This document shows positions 27,555 to 37,466 of a stretch of DNA of 57,580 nucleotides, one piece after another; position 1 is the first letter of the stretch, and each line of letters begins with the position of its first letter. The DNA is from Nitrospirota bacterium (GTDB lineage: Bacteria; Nitrospirota; Thermodesulfovibrionia; UBA6902): the NCBI GenBank assembly GCA_016208905.1, contig JACQXG010000004.1, forward strand, positions 1 through 57,580, written 5' to 3'. The position numbers and the translations under genes are program-made. The notes under the pieces are model-generated. The model ran no database searches and was not told the origin of the DNA. It saw only the letters and a list, made by a program, of their open reading frames with translations.

Positions 27555-28088
27555 ATGAAAAAAATTATATCTGTTGTGCTTATTTCAGTGCTTCTGCTTT
27601 TTATTTGCGATTATGCCGATGCCAAGGTCAAGATATACCTTGATGACTCAAGGACAGAGTATATCAAGGTAGATACTCTGGACTGCAATGTTTATGAAGG
27701 GAAGGCCGGTATTACCATTGGTTTTAAGGCAGGGAACATGTTATTCAGTATCGGCCCCGAAGTGACCCTGGGTCAGAAAAACAGCATTAAATGGGACAGG
27801 ATGGTGCAGGAAATAATCGCGAGATATAAGGAACTTTGCACGAGATTTAATTCCGGGTCCATTACCATGAAAGGTTATAAAGAGAGATTAAAGGAAATAG
27901 ACGGCATTGCAATGGAGGCTGCGGAGTTCCAGGAAAAAATTCTCGGCAGGGTCAGAGACCAGTCAAAGGAGGCGTTTAATGAACTTGCTAAAGATACGAG
28001 GGGAGAAGACGCGTTGATTAATGACAGAATAGACAAAGACATTGATGATATAAGCAAAAAAGTAGACAGTCTCAAAGAGCCGAAATAA
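27555..28088 (+). CDS. Hypothetical exported protein
   Basis: MKKIISVVLISVLLLFICDYADA signal peptide; beta-rich then helical charged region; GAGG SD. Confidence 0.65.
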   Translation: MKKIISVVLISVLLLFICDYADAKVKIYLDDSRTEYIKVDTLDCNVYEGKAGITIGFKAGNMLFSIGPEVTLGQKNSIKWDRMVQEIIARYKELCTRFNSGSITMKGYKERLKEIDGIAMEAAEFQEKILGRVRDQSKEAFNELAKDTRGEDALINDRIDKDIDDISKKVDSLKEPK

Positions 28089-28096
28089 ATTTGCCA

Positions 28097-28804
28097 TTAC
28101 AATCCGAGATAGGCCTTTTTTACTGCTTCATTTGAGAGAAGCCTGTCAGAAGAATCTTCAAGAACGATCTTTCCGTTCTCCATTACATATCCCCTGTGAG
28201 CGACCTGTAAGGCCAGGTTTGCGTTCTGCTCTACAAGAAAGATGGTTGTCTTTTGTTCAGAGTTAATCTTCCTGATTATCCCGAATATCTGTTTGACGAT
28301 TTTTGGCGCTAATCCCAGTGATGGTTCATCAAGCAGGAGCAGACGTGGTCTGGCCATGAGCGCTCTGGATATAGCAAGCATCTGCTGTTCTCCGCCGCTT
28401 AATGTCCCGCCTGCCTGATGCCGCCTCTCTGTGAGAATAGGAAACAGCCCGAATACATATTCAATGTCCTCCGATATACTGTCTTTGTCTGTCCGCAAAA
28501 AGGCGCCCATATGCAGGTTTTCCATTACAGTCAATTTCTGGAATATATGGCGTCCTTCCGGCACCTGTGATATGCCGAGTGAAACTATTTTGTCCGGACT
28601 CATATTGTGAATGGGCCGCCCCCTGAAAAATATTTCCCCTGACCCGGGGGATGTGATTCCTGAAATTGACATAAGCGTAGTAGTTTTACCCGCCCCGTTA
28701 GATCCGATAAGGGTTATTATTTCTCCCTCAGAAACTTCGATGTCCACGCCTTTTAAGGCCTGAATATTTCCATAGAACGTTTTTACATTAACGAGCTTAA
28801 GCAA
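28097..28804 (-). CDS. livF: Branched-chain amino acid ABC transporter ATP-binding protein
   Basis: GSNGAGKTT, VPEGR, LSGGEQQML, LLDEPSLGLAP, VEQN. Start TTG 28804 after GGAGAGG, or 28819. Confidence 0.93.
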   Translation of the reverse strand: MLKLVNVKTFYGNIQALKGVDIEVSEGEIITLIGSNGAGKTTTLMSISGITSPGSGEIFFRGRPIHNMSPDKIVSLGISQVPEGRHIFQKLTVMENLHMGAFLRTDKDSISEDIEYVFGLFPILTERRHQAGGTLSGGEQQMLAISRALMARPRLLLLDEPSLGLAPKIVKQIFGIIRKINSEQKTTIFLVEQNANLALQVAHRGYVMENGKIVLEDSSDRLLSNEAVKKAYLGL

Positions 28805-29585
28805 CGAATTCCTCTCCAAGGTATGCTTTTATGACCACCGGATTGTTTCTTATTTCCTCCGGAGTGCCCTCTGCGATTTTCTTCCCGTAATCCATGACTG
28901 CTATACGGTCCGATATGCTCATCACAAGCCTCATATCGTGCTCTATGAGCAGGATGGCAATCTTTTCTTCTTCGCGGATTTTAGAGATCAGGTCATCCAG
29001 TACCCCGGTCTCCTGCGGATTCATACCGGCTGCGGGTTCATCAAGCAAAAGGATAAAGGGCTCAGTTGCCAGGGCACGGGCTATCTCAAGAAGTCTCTGC
29101 GCGCCGTAAGGCAGGTTCCCGGCAAATTCATTTACGTATTGAGCTATGCCTGTCTTTTCCAGAATATGATAGCTGTACTCCACTGTCGCTTGCTCTTCCC
29201 TTACCGTTGCCCTACCTCTGAATACAGCGCCTGCAATGCGCGCGCGGGTGCGGCAATGACGGCCGATCATGACATTTTCAAGGACCGTCATATTGGGGAA
29301 AAGGCGTATGTTCTGAAAGGTCCGGGTGATGCCTTTTCTTGTAACGATATTAGGTTTTAATCCGTTTATTGTCCCGGGTTTTTTACCCGGAGGTGAAATG
29401 GACATGCTGCCTTCCGAAGGAGCATAGATACCGGTTATACAGTTGAACAAGGTGGTCTTGCCCGCGCCGTTAGGACCGATCAGTGCAAGAATTTCCCTTT
29501 CTTTGACCTCCAGGTCAAGATGATCAACCGCCCGCAGGCCGCCGAAATCCACGGTCAGTTTTTTTATCTCCATGACCGCTTTCAT
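28797..29585 (-). CDS. livG: Branched-chain amino acid ABC transporter ATP-binding protein
   Basis: FGGLRAV, GPNGAGKTT, RTFQNIRLF, LPYGAQR, LDEPAAGMN, IEHDM, AYLG. Confidence 0.93.
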   Translation of the reverse strand: MKAVMEIKKLTVDFGGLRAVDHLDLEVKEREILALIGPNGAGKTTLFNCITGIYAPSEGSMSISPPGKKPGTINGLKPNIVTRKGITRTFQNIRLFPNMTVLENVMIGRHCRTRARIAGAVFRGRATVREEQATVEYSYHILEKTGIAQYVNEFAGNLPYGAQRLLEIARALATEPFILLLDEPAAGMNPQETGVLDDLISKIREEEKIAILLIEHDMRLVMSISDRIAVMDYGKKIAEGTPEEIRNNPVVIKAYLGEEFVA

Positions 29586-30811
29586 TTATTTTTCTCTCCG
29601 GGGACATTGATACCTTCAAATTTATAAGTTCGTCTGACATTGCTGATTATGCCCTGCGGACGGAATACCATCATGATGACAAGAATGGCGCCGAACATGA
29701 GCATCCTGTAGTCTGAAAAGGCCCTTAGATATTCCGGGAGGAGAATTAGAACAAAGGCGCCGATAATGACCCCGGCGATTGAACCCATGCCTCCCAGCAC
29801 GACAATGGAAAGTATGATGGCTGATTCCAGAAATGTGAAGCTCGCGGGATTAATAAAGGTTGTCTTGGCTGCAAAAAATACACCCATCATCCCGGCCCAT
29901 GTTGCGCCGAGCGCGAAGGCGGAAAGCTTCGTCTTTGTTTTATCTATCCCCATGGCCTGACATGCTATTTCATCTTCCCTCAGGGCGATCCAGGCCCGGC
30001 CTATCCTGGAATTCTGCAGCCTGTTAACCACAAAAACCGTAAACAGCGCAAGGGTGATCATGAGAAAATAAATATAAACAGTTGCGCTCTGCAAAGAAAG
30101 CTGCATGCCGAAAAAGGACGGCCTGTCGATGTTTGCAATACCGCTCGGACCGAAAGAAAGATCGTTCCAGTTTTCGAGCACGAGCCTGATGATTTCCCCG
30201 AATCCGAGGGTCACTATGGCAAGGTAATCTCCCCGTAAACGCAGCACCGGAAAACCAAGGAGTATCCCGAATAGCGCCCCCATAAAGGCCCCTGCAGGGA
30301 GCACGGCCCAGAAGCCAAGTCCGAAATGATGATTCAGAAGGCCGTACGTGTATGCGCCAACCGCGTAAAAGGCGACATACCCCAGATCGAGCAGCCCTGC
30401 AAGACCTACAACGATATTAAGGCCGAGACCGAGCACCACATACATGAGGGCTGTTGTCATAATGTTTACCTGATAAGCGGAGAAGATAAACGGGAATATA
30501 ACAACGAAGACTGAAAGAACAGCAAGTAAGGGAATAAAGAGCCTCCGGTCTTCACTTACCCGCTGAATTGAAGGTATCTTGTAACGGCCTCCGGCGTAGA
30601 TCCTTTTCAGTCCGGCCTCCTTTTGCCTGAGCATATACCTCCACACAAAAGAAAGAACGAAACTCCCCACGCCGACAATGACCATATTGCGCCATCTCCA
30701 TTCAACCAGTTTTTCAACCGGATTGACGCGGATTACCATGATGGGGAAAGTGAGGAACATGAACCAGAGAGAGACGAGCAGGGATTTTTTTATTTCAGAT
30801 TTCTTCTGCAT
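29582..30811 (-). CDS. livM: Branched-chain amino acid ABC transporter permease
   Basis: GLNIVVGLAGLLDLGYVAFYAVGAY, LRLRGDYLAIVTLGFGEI, SRIGRAWIALREDE, VVLGGMGS. Confidence 0.93.
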   Translation of the reverse strand: MQKKSEIKKSLLVSLWFMFLTFPIMVIRVNPVEKLVEWRWRNMVIVGVGSFVLSFVWRYMLRQKEAGLKRIYAGGRYKIPSIQRVSEDRRLFIPLLAVLSVFVVIFPFIFSAYQVNIMTTALMYVVLGLGLNIVVGLAGLLDLGYVAFYAVGAYTYGLLNHHFGLGFWAVLPAGAFMGALFGILLGFPVLRLRGDYLAIVTLGFGEIIRLVLENWNDLSFGPSGIANIDRPSFFGMQLSLQSATVYIYFLMITLALFTVFVVNRLQNSRIGRAWIALREDEIACQAMGIDKTKTKLSAFALGATWAGMMGVFFAAKTTFINPASFTFLESAIILSIVVLGGMGSIAGVIIGAFVLILLPEYLRAFSDYRMLMFGAILVIMMVFRPQGIISNVRRTYKFEGINVPGEKNK

Positions 30812-30843
30812 TTTTCTTCAACTCATAACTCATAACTCTTTTT

Positions 30844-31746
30844 TTATACCTTCTGTGATCCTGATTTACCGAGTAGCCCTGCGGGTCTGAATATAAGTAT
30901 CAGCACGAGCAGGGCAAACGCAAATACATCTTCATAGTCACTCGAGACATAACCGGTTGCAAAGCTTTCTGTCCATCCCAGAATAAAGCCGCCTAAAACA
31001 GCGCCGGGGATGCTGCCGATTCCTCCGAGTACCGCTGCTGTGAATGCCTTGATTCCTACGATAAAACCAATATAAAAATTAATCTGGCCTATGTGAGACG
31101 CAATTAGAACACCGCCTACTGCCGCAAGGGCCGAGCCGATAATAAATGTAATGGAAATTATCCTGTTTATATCTACACCCACGAGCATGGCCATTTTTCT
31201 GTCCTGGGCTGTCGCGCGCATTGCCTTTCCGATTTTCGTAAATTTAATTACACAGGTCAATATAACCATGACCACTGCAGTTGTCAAAAATATCATAAGC
31301 TCTGCTGAACTGGAAATATGTTCATATTTTTTCATAAACCCGAATTCAGGGATAAGTCCGGGGAAAGGCAGAAAATCGGATGTCTGGGCCAGCAGCACAT
31401 AGTTCTGAAGGAAGATCGACATGCCGATGGCGCTTATTAAAGGAGAAAGGCGGGGCGCGTGACGGAGGGGCTTATATGCAATTTTTTCTATAGTAAAACC
31501 ATATGCCGATGAATATATAACAGCAGCCAGCGATGCAAGAACGAATATGGCAATCTCATTAAAGCCATGCAATGTCAGGACACTTGCAATGATCAGGGCT
31601 GTAAAAGCGCCGATCATATAAATCTCGCCATGGGCGAAATTTATCAGCTCGATAATGCCGTATACCATTGTGTAGCCAAGGGCTATAAGGGCATAAATGC
31701 TTCCTCTGGTCAGGCCGCCCATAAAGAGTTGAACGAAATATTCCAT
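30844..31746 (-). CDS. livH: Branched-chain amino acid ABC transporter permease
   Basis: GSIYALIALGYTMVYGIIELINFAHGE, GKAMRATAQD, KAFTAAVLGGIGSIPGA, RPAGLLG. Confidence 0.95.
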   Translation of the reverse strand: MEYFVQLFMGGLTRGSIYALIALGYTMVYGIIELINFAHGEIYMIGAFTALIIASVLTLHGFNEIAIFVLASLAAVIYSSAYGFTIEKIAYKPLRHAPRLSPLISAIGMSIFLQNYVLLAQTSDFLPFPGLIPEFGFMKKYEHISSSAELMIFLTTAVVMVILTCVIKFTKIGKAMRATAQDRKMAMLVGVDINRIISITFIIGSALAAVGGVLIASHIGQINFYIGFIVGIKAFTAAVLGGIGSIPGAVLGGFILGWTESFATGYVSSDYEDVFAFALLVLILIFRPAGLLGKSGSQKV

Positions 31747-31816
31747 AACAACTTAATATAATACGTGATTCATTAATTTATTTATAGTGAACTTACAGCT
31801 GCCAGGACAGGGGAGT

Positions 31817-31849
31817 TCCCCCTTTGGAAAAGGGGGATTAAAGGGGGTT
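31817..31849. repeat. REP-like palindrome between livJ and livH
   Basis: TCCCCCTTT-GGA-AAAGGGGGA followed by TTAAAGGGGGTT. Confidence 0.55.
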
Positions 31850-31858
31850 TTATTTAAA

Positions 31859-32989
31859 CTATTTCACCTCAACATACTCGCCGTTCTTGACCTGATACAT
31901 GGAGAACCCTACACCTATTGCATCTCCGCGCTCGTCAAATTTGATTTTCCCAAGAGGCGTATCCACGTATTCGGTCCTCAATGCATTTGAGACAGCTTTG
32001 TATTCCGTGGAGCCGCCTTTTTCTATTGCATTGAGCAGGGCCTGTGCTGCTGCGTAGGCATTGAGGAAAAATGCGCCGGGGTCTGATCCATATGTTTTCT
32101 TATGAGCATCATTAGCCGCTATCGCAAGAGGATTTTTTGAAACGTCCATCGGGCCGGTCGCATAAACTCCCTCCGCGTATTCACCGGCAACCTTTATAAA
32201 CGTAACATCCTTTACTCCGTCATCGGAAATAAAAAAAGTCCCCATCTTCTTTTTGCGCATAAGCATAACAAGTTTTGACGCCTCAGGATGATAGCCGCCG
32301 TATATAACGGCCCCGGCCCCGGAGTTTTTTATTTTCTGGACAACGGCGGAATAATCAACTGCACCGGGCGTAATGCCCTCATACAGGACTACTTCTGCTT
32401 TGCCCGACTTTTCGAGAAATCCCCTGGCAAACTCTGCCAGACCTTTGCCGTAATCGCCTTTATCATGCAGGACAGCTATCCTTTTCAGTTTCAGTATATC
32501 CAGCGCAAAATCAACCTCCAGTTTTGCCTGCGCGTCATCTGAAGCGATGGTGCGGAAAAAGTTAGGATAATCTCCGCTCTGCGTTAAAGGAGGGTTTGTT
32601 GCTGAGGGTGACATGGTTATGGTCCTGGACTCTTTATAAATACCGAGAGCTGCCTTTGTGGCCCCGCTGCAGATATGACCGAGAACAACATGAACATCCT
32701 GGGACAGGAGTTTAGAAGCTGTATTCGTGGCGACTTCAGGTTTGCAGACATCATCCTCGACCAGCAGCTCAACCTTCCTGCCGAGTATACCGCCTCTTGC
32801 ATTAATATCTTTAACAACAAGTTCGGCTGCCTTTACTGTAGGAAGGCCGTAAGACGCAAGGTCACCGCTATGGGCCCCTGCTACGCCTACCTTGATTGAT
32901 CCGGATTCATGTTTAGTGCAGGATATGGTTATCATCATCGACAATAGCACAGCCGCTGTCAGAAATAATCTCCCTGAAATATACTTCAT
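31859..32989 (-). CDS. Branched-chain amino acid ABC transporter substrate-binding lipoprotein (LivJ/LivK-like)
   Basis: Lipobox-like TISC; INARGGILG, DDVCKP, GHICSGAT, SPSATNP, FFRTIASDDAQ, DYGKGLA, FDERGD; AGGAGG SD. Confidence 0.92.
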   Translation of the reverse strand: MKYISGRLFLTAAVLLSMMITISCTKHESGSIKVGVAGAHSGDLASYGLPTVKAAELVVKDINARGGILGRKVELLVEDDVCKPEVATNTASKLLSQDVHVVLGHICSGATKAALGIYKESRTITMSPSATNPPLTQSGDYPNFFRTIASDDAQAKLEVDFALDILKLKRIAVLHDKGDYGKGLAEFARGFLEKSGKAEVVLYEGITPGAVDYSAVVQKIKNSGAGAVIYGGYHPEASKLVMLMRKKKMGTFFISDDGVKDVTFIKVAGEYAEGVYATGPMDVSKNPLAIAANDAHKKTYGSDPGAFFLNAYAAAQALLNAIEKGGSTEYKAVSNALRTEYVDTPLGKIKFDERGDAIGVGFSMYQVKNGEYVEVK

Positions 32990-33120
32990 ACAGATACACC
33001 TCCTTTAAAATGTAATATCATCAATGCGGGAATCAGGGCATTATATTAATTGTGGAAAAATAATGTCAATATAAAAACTGATATGTTAAAATACTACCTG
33101 TTAAAAAAAGAGAGGATTCC

Positions 33121-34062
33121 ATGAAAAGAATACTGGTCACAGGCGGAGCAGGTTTTCTCGGTTCGCACCTCTGCGAGAGATTGCTTAATGACGGGAATGA
33201 GGTCCTGTGTGTCGATAATTTCTACACGGGACGCAGATCAAATATAGTTAATTTCATCCAGAAGCCCTTCTTTGAAGTACTGAGGCATGATGTATGTTTT
33301 CCCCTTTATGTGGAGGTCGATGAGATTTATAATCTGGCCTGTCCTGCCTCTCCGATCCATTACCAGTTCGACCCGGTGCAGACGACGAAGACCTCTGTTC
33401 ACGGGGCCATCAATATGCTGGGGCTTGCCAAGAGGGTGAAGGCCAGAATAATGCAGGCATCGACTTCTGAGGTATATGGTGATCCGAAGATCCACCCCCA
33501 GCCGGAGTCATACTGGGGCAATGTGAATCCTGTTGGTTACCGGTCCTGTTATGATGAAGGGAAGCGATGTGCCGAGACCCTTTTCTTTGACTACAAGCGC
33601 CAGCACAATCTCAGGATTAAAGTTGCCAGGATTTTTAATACCTACGGCCCGAGGATGCACCCGGATGACGGCCGTGTTGTCAGCAACTTCATTATGCAGG
33701 CTTTAAAGGGGAAGCCTATTACTGTCTATGGAAAAGGCCGGCAGACGAGAAGTTTTTGTTATGTTGACGATATGATTGACGGCTTTATCAGGCTTATGGC
33801 CACACCTGATGACTTTACAGGACCGGTGAATCTCGGCAACCCCACGGAATTTACTATTCTGGAGCTGGCCGACAAAGTCATAGAGCTTACCGGATCGAAA
33901 TCAAAAATTGTATTTAAAGACTTACCGTATGATGACCCTACCCAGCGTCAACCCCGGATTGCCCTTGCCAAAAAGACCCTCAAGTGGAAGCCCAAAGTCA
34001 ATCTTCAAGACGGGCTTAAAGAGACTATTGAATATTTCAGGAAGTTGAAGAACGACCCCTGA
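33121..34062 (+). CDS. UDP-glucuronic acid decarboxylase (UDP-xylose synthase) family SDR
   Basis: [59 protein letters not shown]. Confidence 0.95.
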   Translation: MKRILVTGGAGFLGSHLCERLLNDGNEVLCVDNFYTGRRSNIVNFIQKPFFEVLRHDVCFPLYVEVDEIYNLACPASPIHYQFDPVQTTKTSVHGAINMLGLAKRVKARIMQASTSEVYGDPKIHPQPESYWGNVNPVGYRSCYDEGKRCAETLFFDYKRQHNLRIKVARIFNTYGPRMHPDDGRVVSNFIMQALKGKPITVYGKGRQTRSFCYVDDMIDGFIRLMATPDDFTGPVNLGNPTEFTILELADKVIELTGSKSKIVFKDLPYDDPTQRQPRIALAKKTLKWKPKVNLQDGLKETIEYFRKLKNDP

Positions 34063-34089
34063 GTAAGGGCGGGGTAACCCCGCCCCTAC
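34063..34089. repeat. REP-like GC-rich hairpin (GTAG/CTAC-ended type)
   Basis: GTAAGGGCGGGG-TAA-CCCCGCCCCTAC immediately after the SDR stop codon. Confidence 0.6.
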
Positions 34090-34171
34090 AACCGACATCA
34101 ACACTGTACTACAAAAAAAGCCCCTTGAACATGAGAGTGATTCAGTATAAACTTGTATTGAAGAACTTCTA

Positions 34172-36862
34172 ATGAAAAATATTTCCCTTCATATAGACGG
34201 TAAATACGTTCAGACCCCGGGAGGAAGCACCATCCTGGCTGCGGCAAAACAGAACGGCATCCATATCCCCACGCTTTGTTATCATCCGAGGACCAGACAG
34301 GCCGGCAAATGCAGGCTTTGTGTTGTAGAAGTTAAAGGTCTGCCCGGACTTCAGGTCTCCTGTTCCATTCAGGCGCAGGACGGCATGGTTGTACTCACAC
34401 ATACCGAACGGATCATCGAGACAAGAAAGATGATTGTGGAGCTGTACCTTTCCAACGGTAAGCACAACTGCATGTCGTGCGAGGCCTGCGGCTCATGTGA
34501 ACTTCAGGCCGTTGCTTATCATCTTGGTATAGAGAAATCTGATTTCCCTGCAGTGGATAAGGACATGCCGGTTGACATGTCCTGCCCCATGATCATCAGG
34601 GACATGAATAAGTGCATTCAATGTTACCGCTGCATCATTGCGTGCAATGATATCGCGGTCAACGAAGTGCTTGATATGGGGTATCGCGGCAGTAAAATGA
34701 CAGTCGTTTGCGATACAGATAAGCCAATGGGGAAATCATCATGCGTGGTGTGCGGCGAGTGCGTGCAATTATGTCCAACAGGGGCCTTGACAGAGAAAAA
34801 GGCCATTGGGAAGGCAAGGCATTGGGAGACGGAAAAGGTCAGGACCACATGCCCGTACTGCGGGGTCGGGTGTCAGCTCCAGCTTCACGTCAAGGACAAT
34901 GAAATAGTAAAGGTCACTGGAGCTGAGGACGTGGAACCGAACTACGGCTCTCTCTGTATAAAAGGCAGGTTCGGATACGATTTTGTCCATTCACCTCTGC
35001 GCCTTAAGTCACCCCTCTTGCGAAAGGACGGGAGACTCGAAGAAGTAAGCTGGGAAGAGGCGCTGAATTTTACTGCAAAAAGATTTTCGGAAATAAAGCA
35101 GGCGCACGGCCCGGATTCAATAGTGGGCATCGGGTGCGCAAGGTCTACGAATGAGAGCGCTTATGTGATGATGAAATTCATGCGCGCGGTAATCGGCACG
35201 AACAATATCGACCATTGCGCCCGGACGTGACACGCGCCTACGGTGGCCGGGCTGGCCTCCACACTCGGAGCAGGGGCGATGACGAATTCCATACGTGAGA
35301 TTGAAAACGCGCCCGTCATCTTTGTGATTGGCTCTAACACCACGGAAGCTCATCCCGTAATCGCGAACATCATGAAAAGGGCTGTGAAGAAGGGAAGCAG
35401 GCTGATTGTAGCAGACCCCAGAAAGATCAGCCTGACCCGCTGGGCGGCCAGGCATTTTCAGCACAAAGTCGGCTCTGACATTGCGCTTCTCAATGCGGTC
35501 ATGCATGAGATCATAAAAAACGACCGGCATGATAAGAAGTTTATTAATAACTATACCGAAGGGTTTGAAAAACTCATGGAGACTGTAAGTGAATACACCC
35601 CCGCATACGCTTCGGGAATATGCGGACTGCCGGCGGATGAGATAAGGGAGCTTGCAAAGATCCTCGGCGAGGCTGAAAAGGTCGCGCTATTTTATACCCT
35701 CGGCATTACGGAACATGTTACGGGCACTGATAATGTGAGGACGTGCGCAAATCTTCAAATGCTGCTCGGTAACATAGGGAAGGAAAGCTCAGGCGTCAAC
35801 CCTCTCAGGGGACAGAACAATGTCCAGGGCGCCTGTGACATGGGTGCGCTGCCTGACGTTTACACAGACTATCAGAAGGCGGCTTATCCTGCAGTGAGAA
35901 AAAAATTTGCGAAGGCGTGGGGCGTGAATTCATTGCCGGAACAGGAAGGGACAAAAATCCCTGCCATGTTCGACGGCATCATTCATGGCAATGTAAAGGC
36001 GCTATATCTGGCAGGTGAGAATATCGTTATGTCAGAGCCGAACCAGGCGCATACAGTTAAGGCACTCGAAAAACTCGAATTGCTCATAGTGCAGGACATT
36101 TTTATAAATGAGACTGCGGAACACGCAGACGTTGTTTTTCCTGCATCGTGTTTTGCAGAAAAGGACGGCACATTTACCAATACCGAGAGGCGCGTGCAGC
36201 GAGTAAGAAAGGCAGTGAAACCTCCGGGCCTGGCAATGGACGACTGGTGGATTACATGCGAACTGTCAAGAAGGATGGGCTTTGAGATGGGCTATACGTC
36301 TGCGGAACAGATATGGGAAGAGATACGCTCGTTAACACCCTCGATGTCCGGGATCACGTATAAGAGGATTGAACATCAAGGTATCCAGTGGCCCTGTACT
36401 GACGAGGAGCACAACGGGACGTGCTATCTTTATTGCAATAATGTATTCCCCTGCGGCAAGGCCACATTCCAGCCTGCGCACTGGAAGCCGCCTGCAGAGT
36501 GTCCTGATAATGAATATCCAATCGTGCTCACAACAGGGAGACGCCTCTATCAGTATCACACCGGGACACAGACAAGACTGTCTGCCGGATTTGATGAAAT
36601 TTGTCCTGAAGAGCTGATTGAAGTAAATCCCAAAGATGCAGAAAAACTGGACATCAAAGATGGTGATTATATTTTTGCCGTGTCCCGCAGGGGCAGGGTT
36701 AAGGCAAAGGCATGGGTAACTGACCGGGTATTAACCGGGGTCTGTTTCATGACCTTCCACTTCAGGGAGGCGTGTGCAAATGTCATCACCAATGATGTCT
36801 TTGACCCTGTTACCGGCACCGCTGAATACAAGGCATGCGCGGTCCGCCTGGAGAAGATATGA
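34172..36862 (+). CDS. fdhF: Selenocysteine-containing cytoplasmic formate dehydrogenase alpha subunit (FdhF/FdsA type, 896 aa, Sec at residue 353)
   Basis: ORFs 34172-35230 and 35243-36862 are in one frame, joined by DHCART-TGA-HAPTVAGL; N-terminal 2Fe-2S, HxCxxCxxxxxC, two 4Fe-4S, CPYCGVGC; PLRGQNNVQGACD; no Tat signal. Confidence 0.95.
35231..35262 (+). promoter_or_regulatory. Bacterial SECIS-like stem-loop following the Sec codon
   Basis: GG-T-GGCCG-GGC-TGGCC-T-CC hairpin with a G-rich apical loop, starting 11 nt after TGA, in the same register as the fdhF SECIS. Confidence 0.75.
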
Positions 36863-36873
36863 AACTTGATTTT

Positions 36874-36954
36874 TGTCATTTCGAGGACCAGTTGGGACGA
36901 GAAATCTTATTGTCTTGCATGCTATCAAGATTTCTCCCTTCGGTCGAAATGACA
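36874..36954. repeat. REP/MITE-like nested palindromic element inside the fdh operon
   Basis: Perfect 11-bp terminal IR TGTCATTTCGA/TCGAAATGACA, inner IR GAGAAATCTT/AAGATTTCTC; related copy at 9452. Confidence 0.8.
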
Positions 36955-36980
36955 CAGGAGCGAAAAGGGCTGGAGAAGAT

Positions 36981-37466
36981 ATGATTGATAAAGACATAAA
37001 AGAGATCATCGAAGGCTTTGTGAAAAAGTTCCCGTGCAGGGATTCGGCTGTCCTGCCGTCTCTTTCACTGATTCAAAAAAAGAACGGTTATGTCTCTGAG
37101 AAAGACATGGAGGACCTGTCAAGGATCTTGGGATTTTCAGAGGCCCGTATTTTCAGTGCAGCCAGTTTTTACTCGATGCTGAATTTAAAACCGAAAGGCA
37201 AATACCACATCCAGATCTGTTCAAATGTATCGTGTTCATTGACAGGAGAAGGACCACTTCTGGACTACATTTCAGGGAAGCTTGGAATTAAAGAGGGAGA
37301 TACGACTCCGGACGGGTTATTCAGCATTGAGCCGGTAGAATGTCTTGGGTCCTGCGGGTACGCGCCGGCTATGATCATTAATAGTGATCATTATGAGAAT
37401 TTGAGCTTTGAAAGAGTTGATGAGATGATCAATGTTATATATGAGCAAAATATTACTGAGAAATAA
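36981..37466 (+). CDS. NuoE-like 2Fe-2S subunit (FdsG-like) of the NAD-linked formate dehydrogenase
   Basis: VLPSLSLIQ, ASFYSML, GKYHIQICSNVSC, TTPDGLFSIEPVECLGSCGYAP; GGAG SD before ATG 36981. Confidence 0.92.
   Translation: MIDKDIKEIIEGFVKKFPCRDSAVLPSLSLIQKKNGYVSEKDMEDLSRILGFSEARIFSAASFYSMLNLKPKGKYHIQICSNVSCSLTGEGPLLDYISGKLGIKEGDTTPDGLFSIEPVECLGSCGYAPAMIINSDHYENLSFERVDEMINVIYEQNITEK

Noticed and set aside
35117-35530. Treating the fdh split as a pseudogene, or the antisense ORF here as real
   Set aside because: Both halves are in frame and the TGA lies at the Sec ligand position with a SECIS-like hairpin; the antisense ORF is a shadow.
36873-36980. N-terminal extension of the NuoE-like ORF
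   Set aside because: It translates the palindromic repeat; the SD-supported start is ATG 36981.
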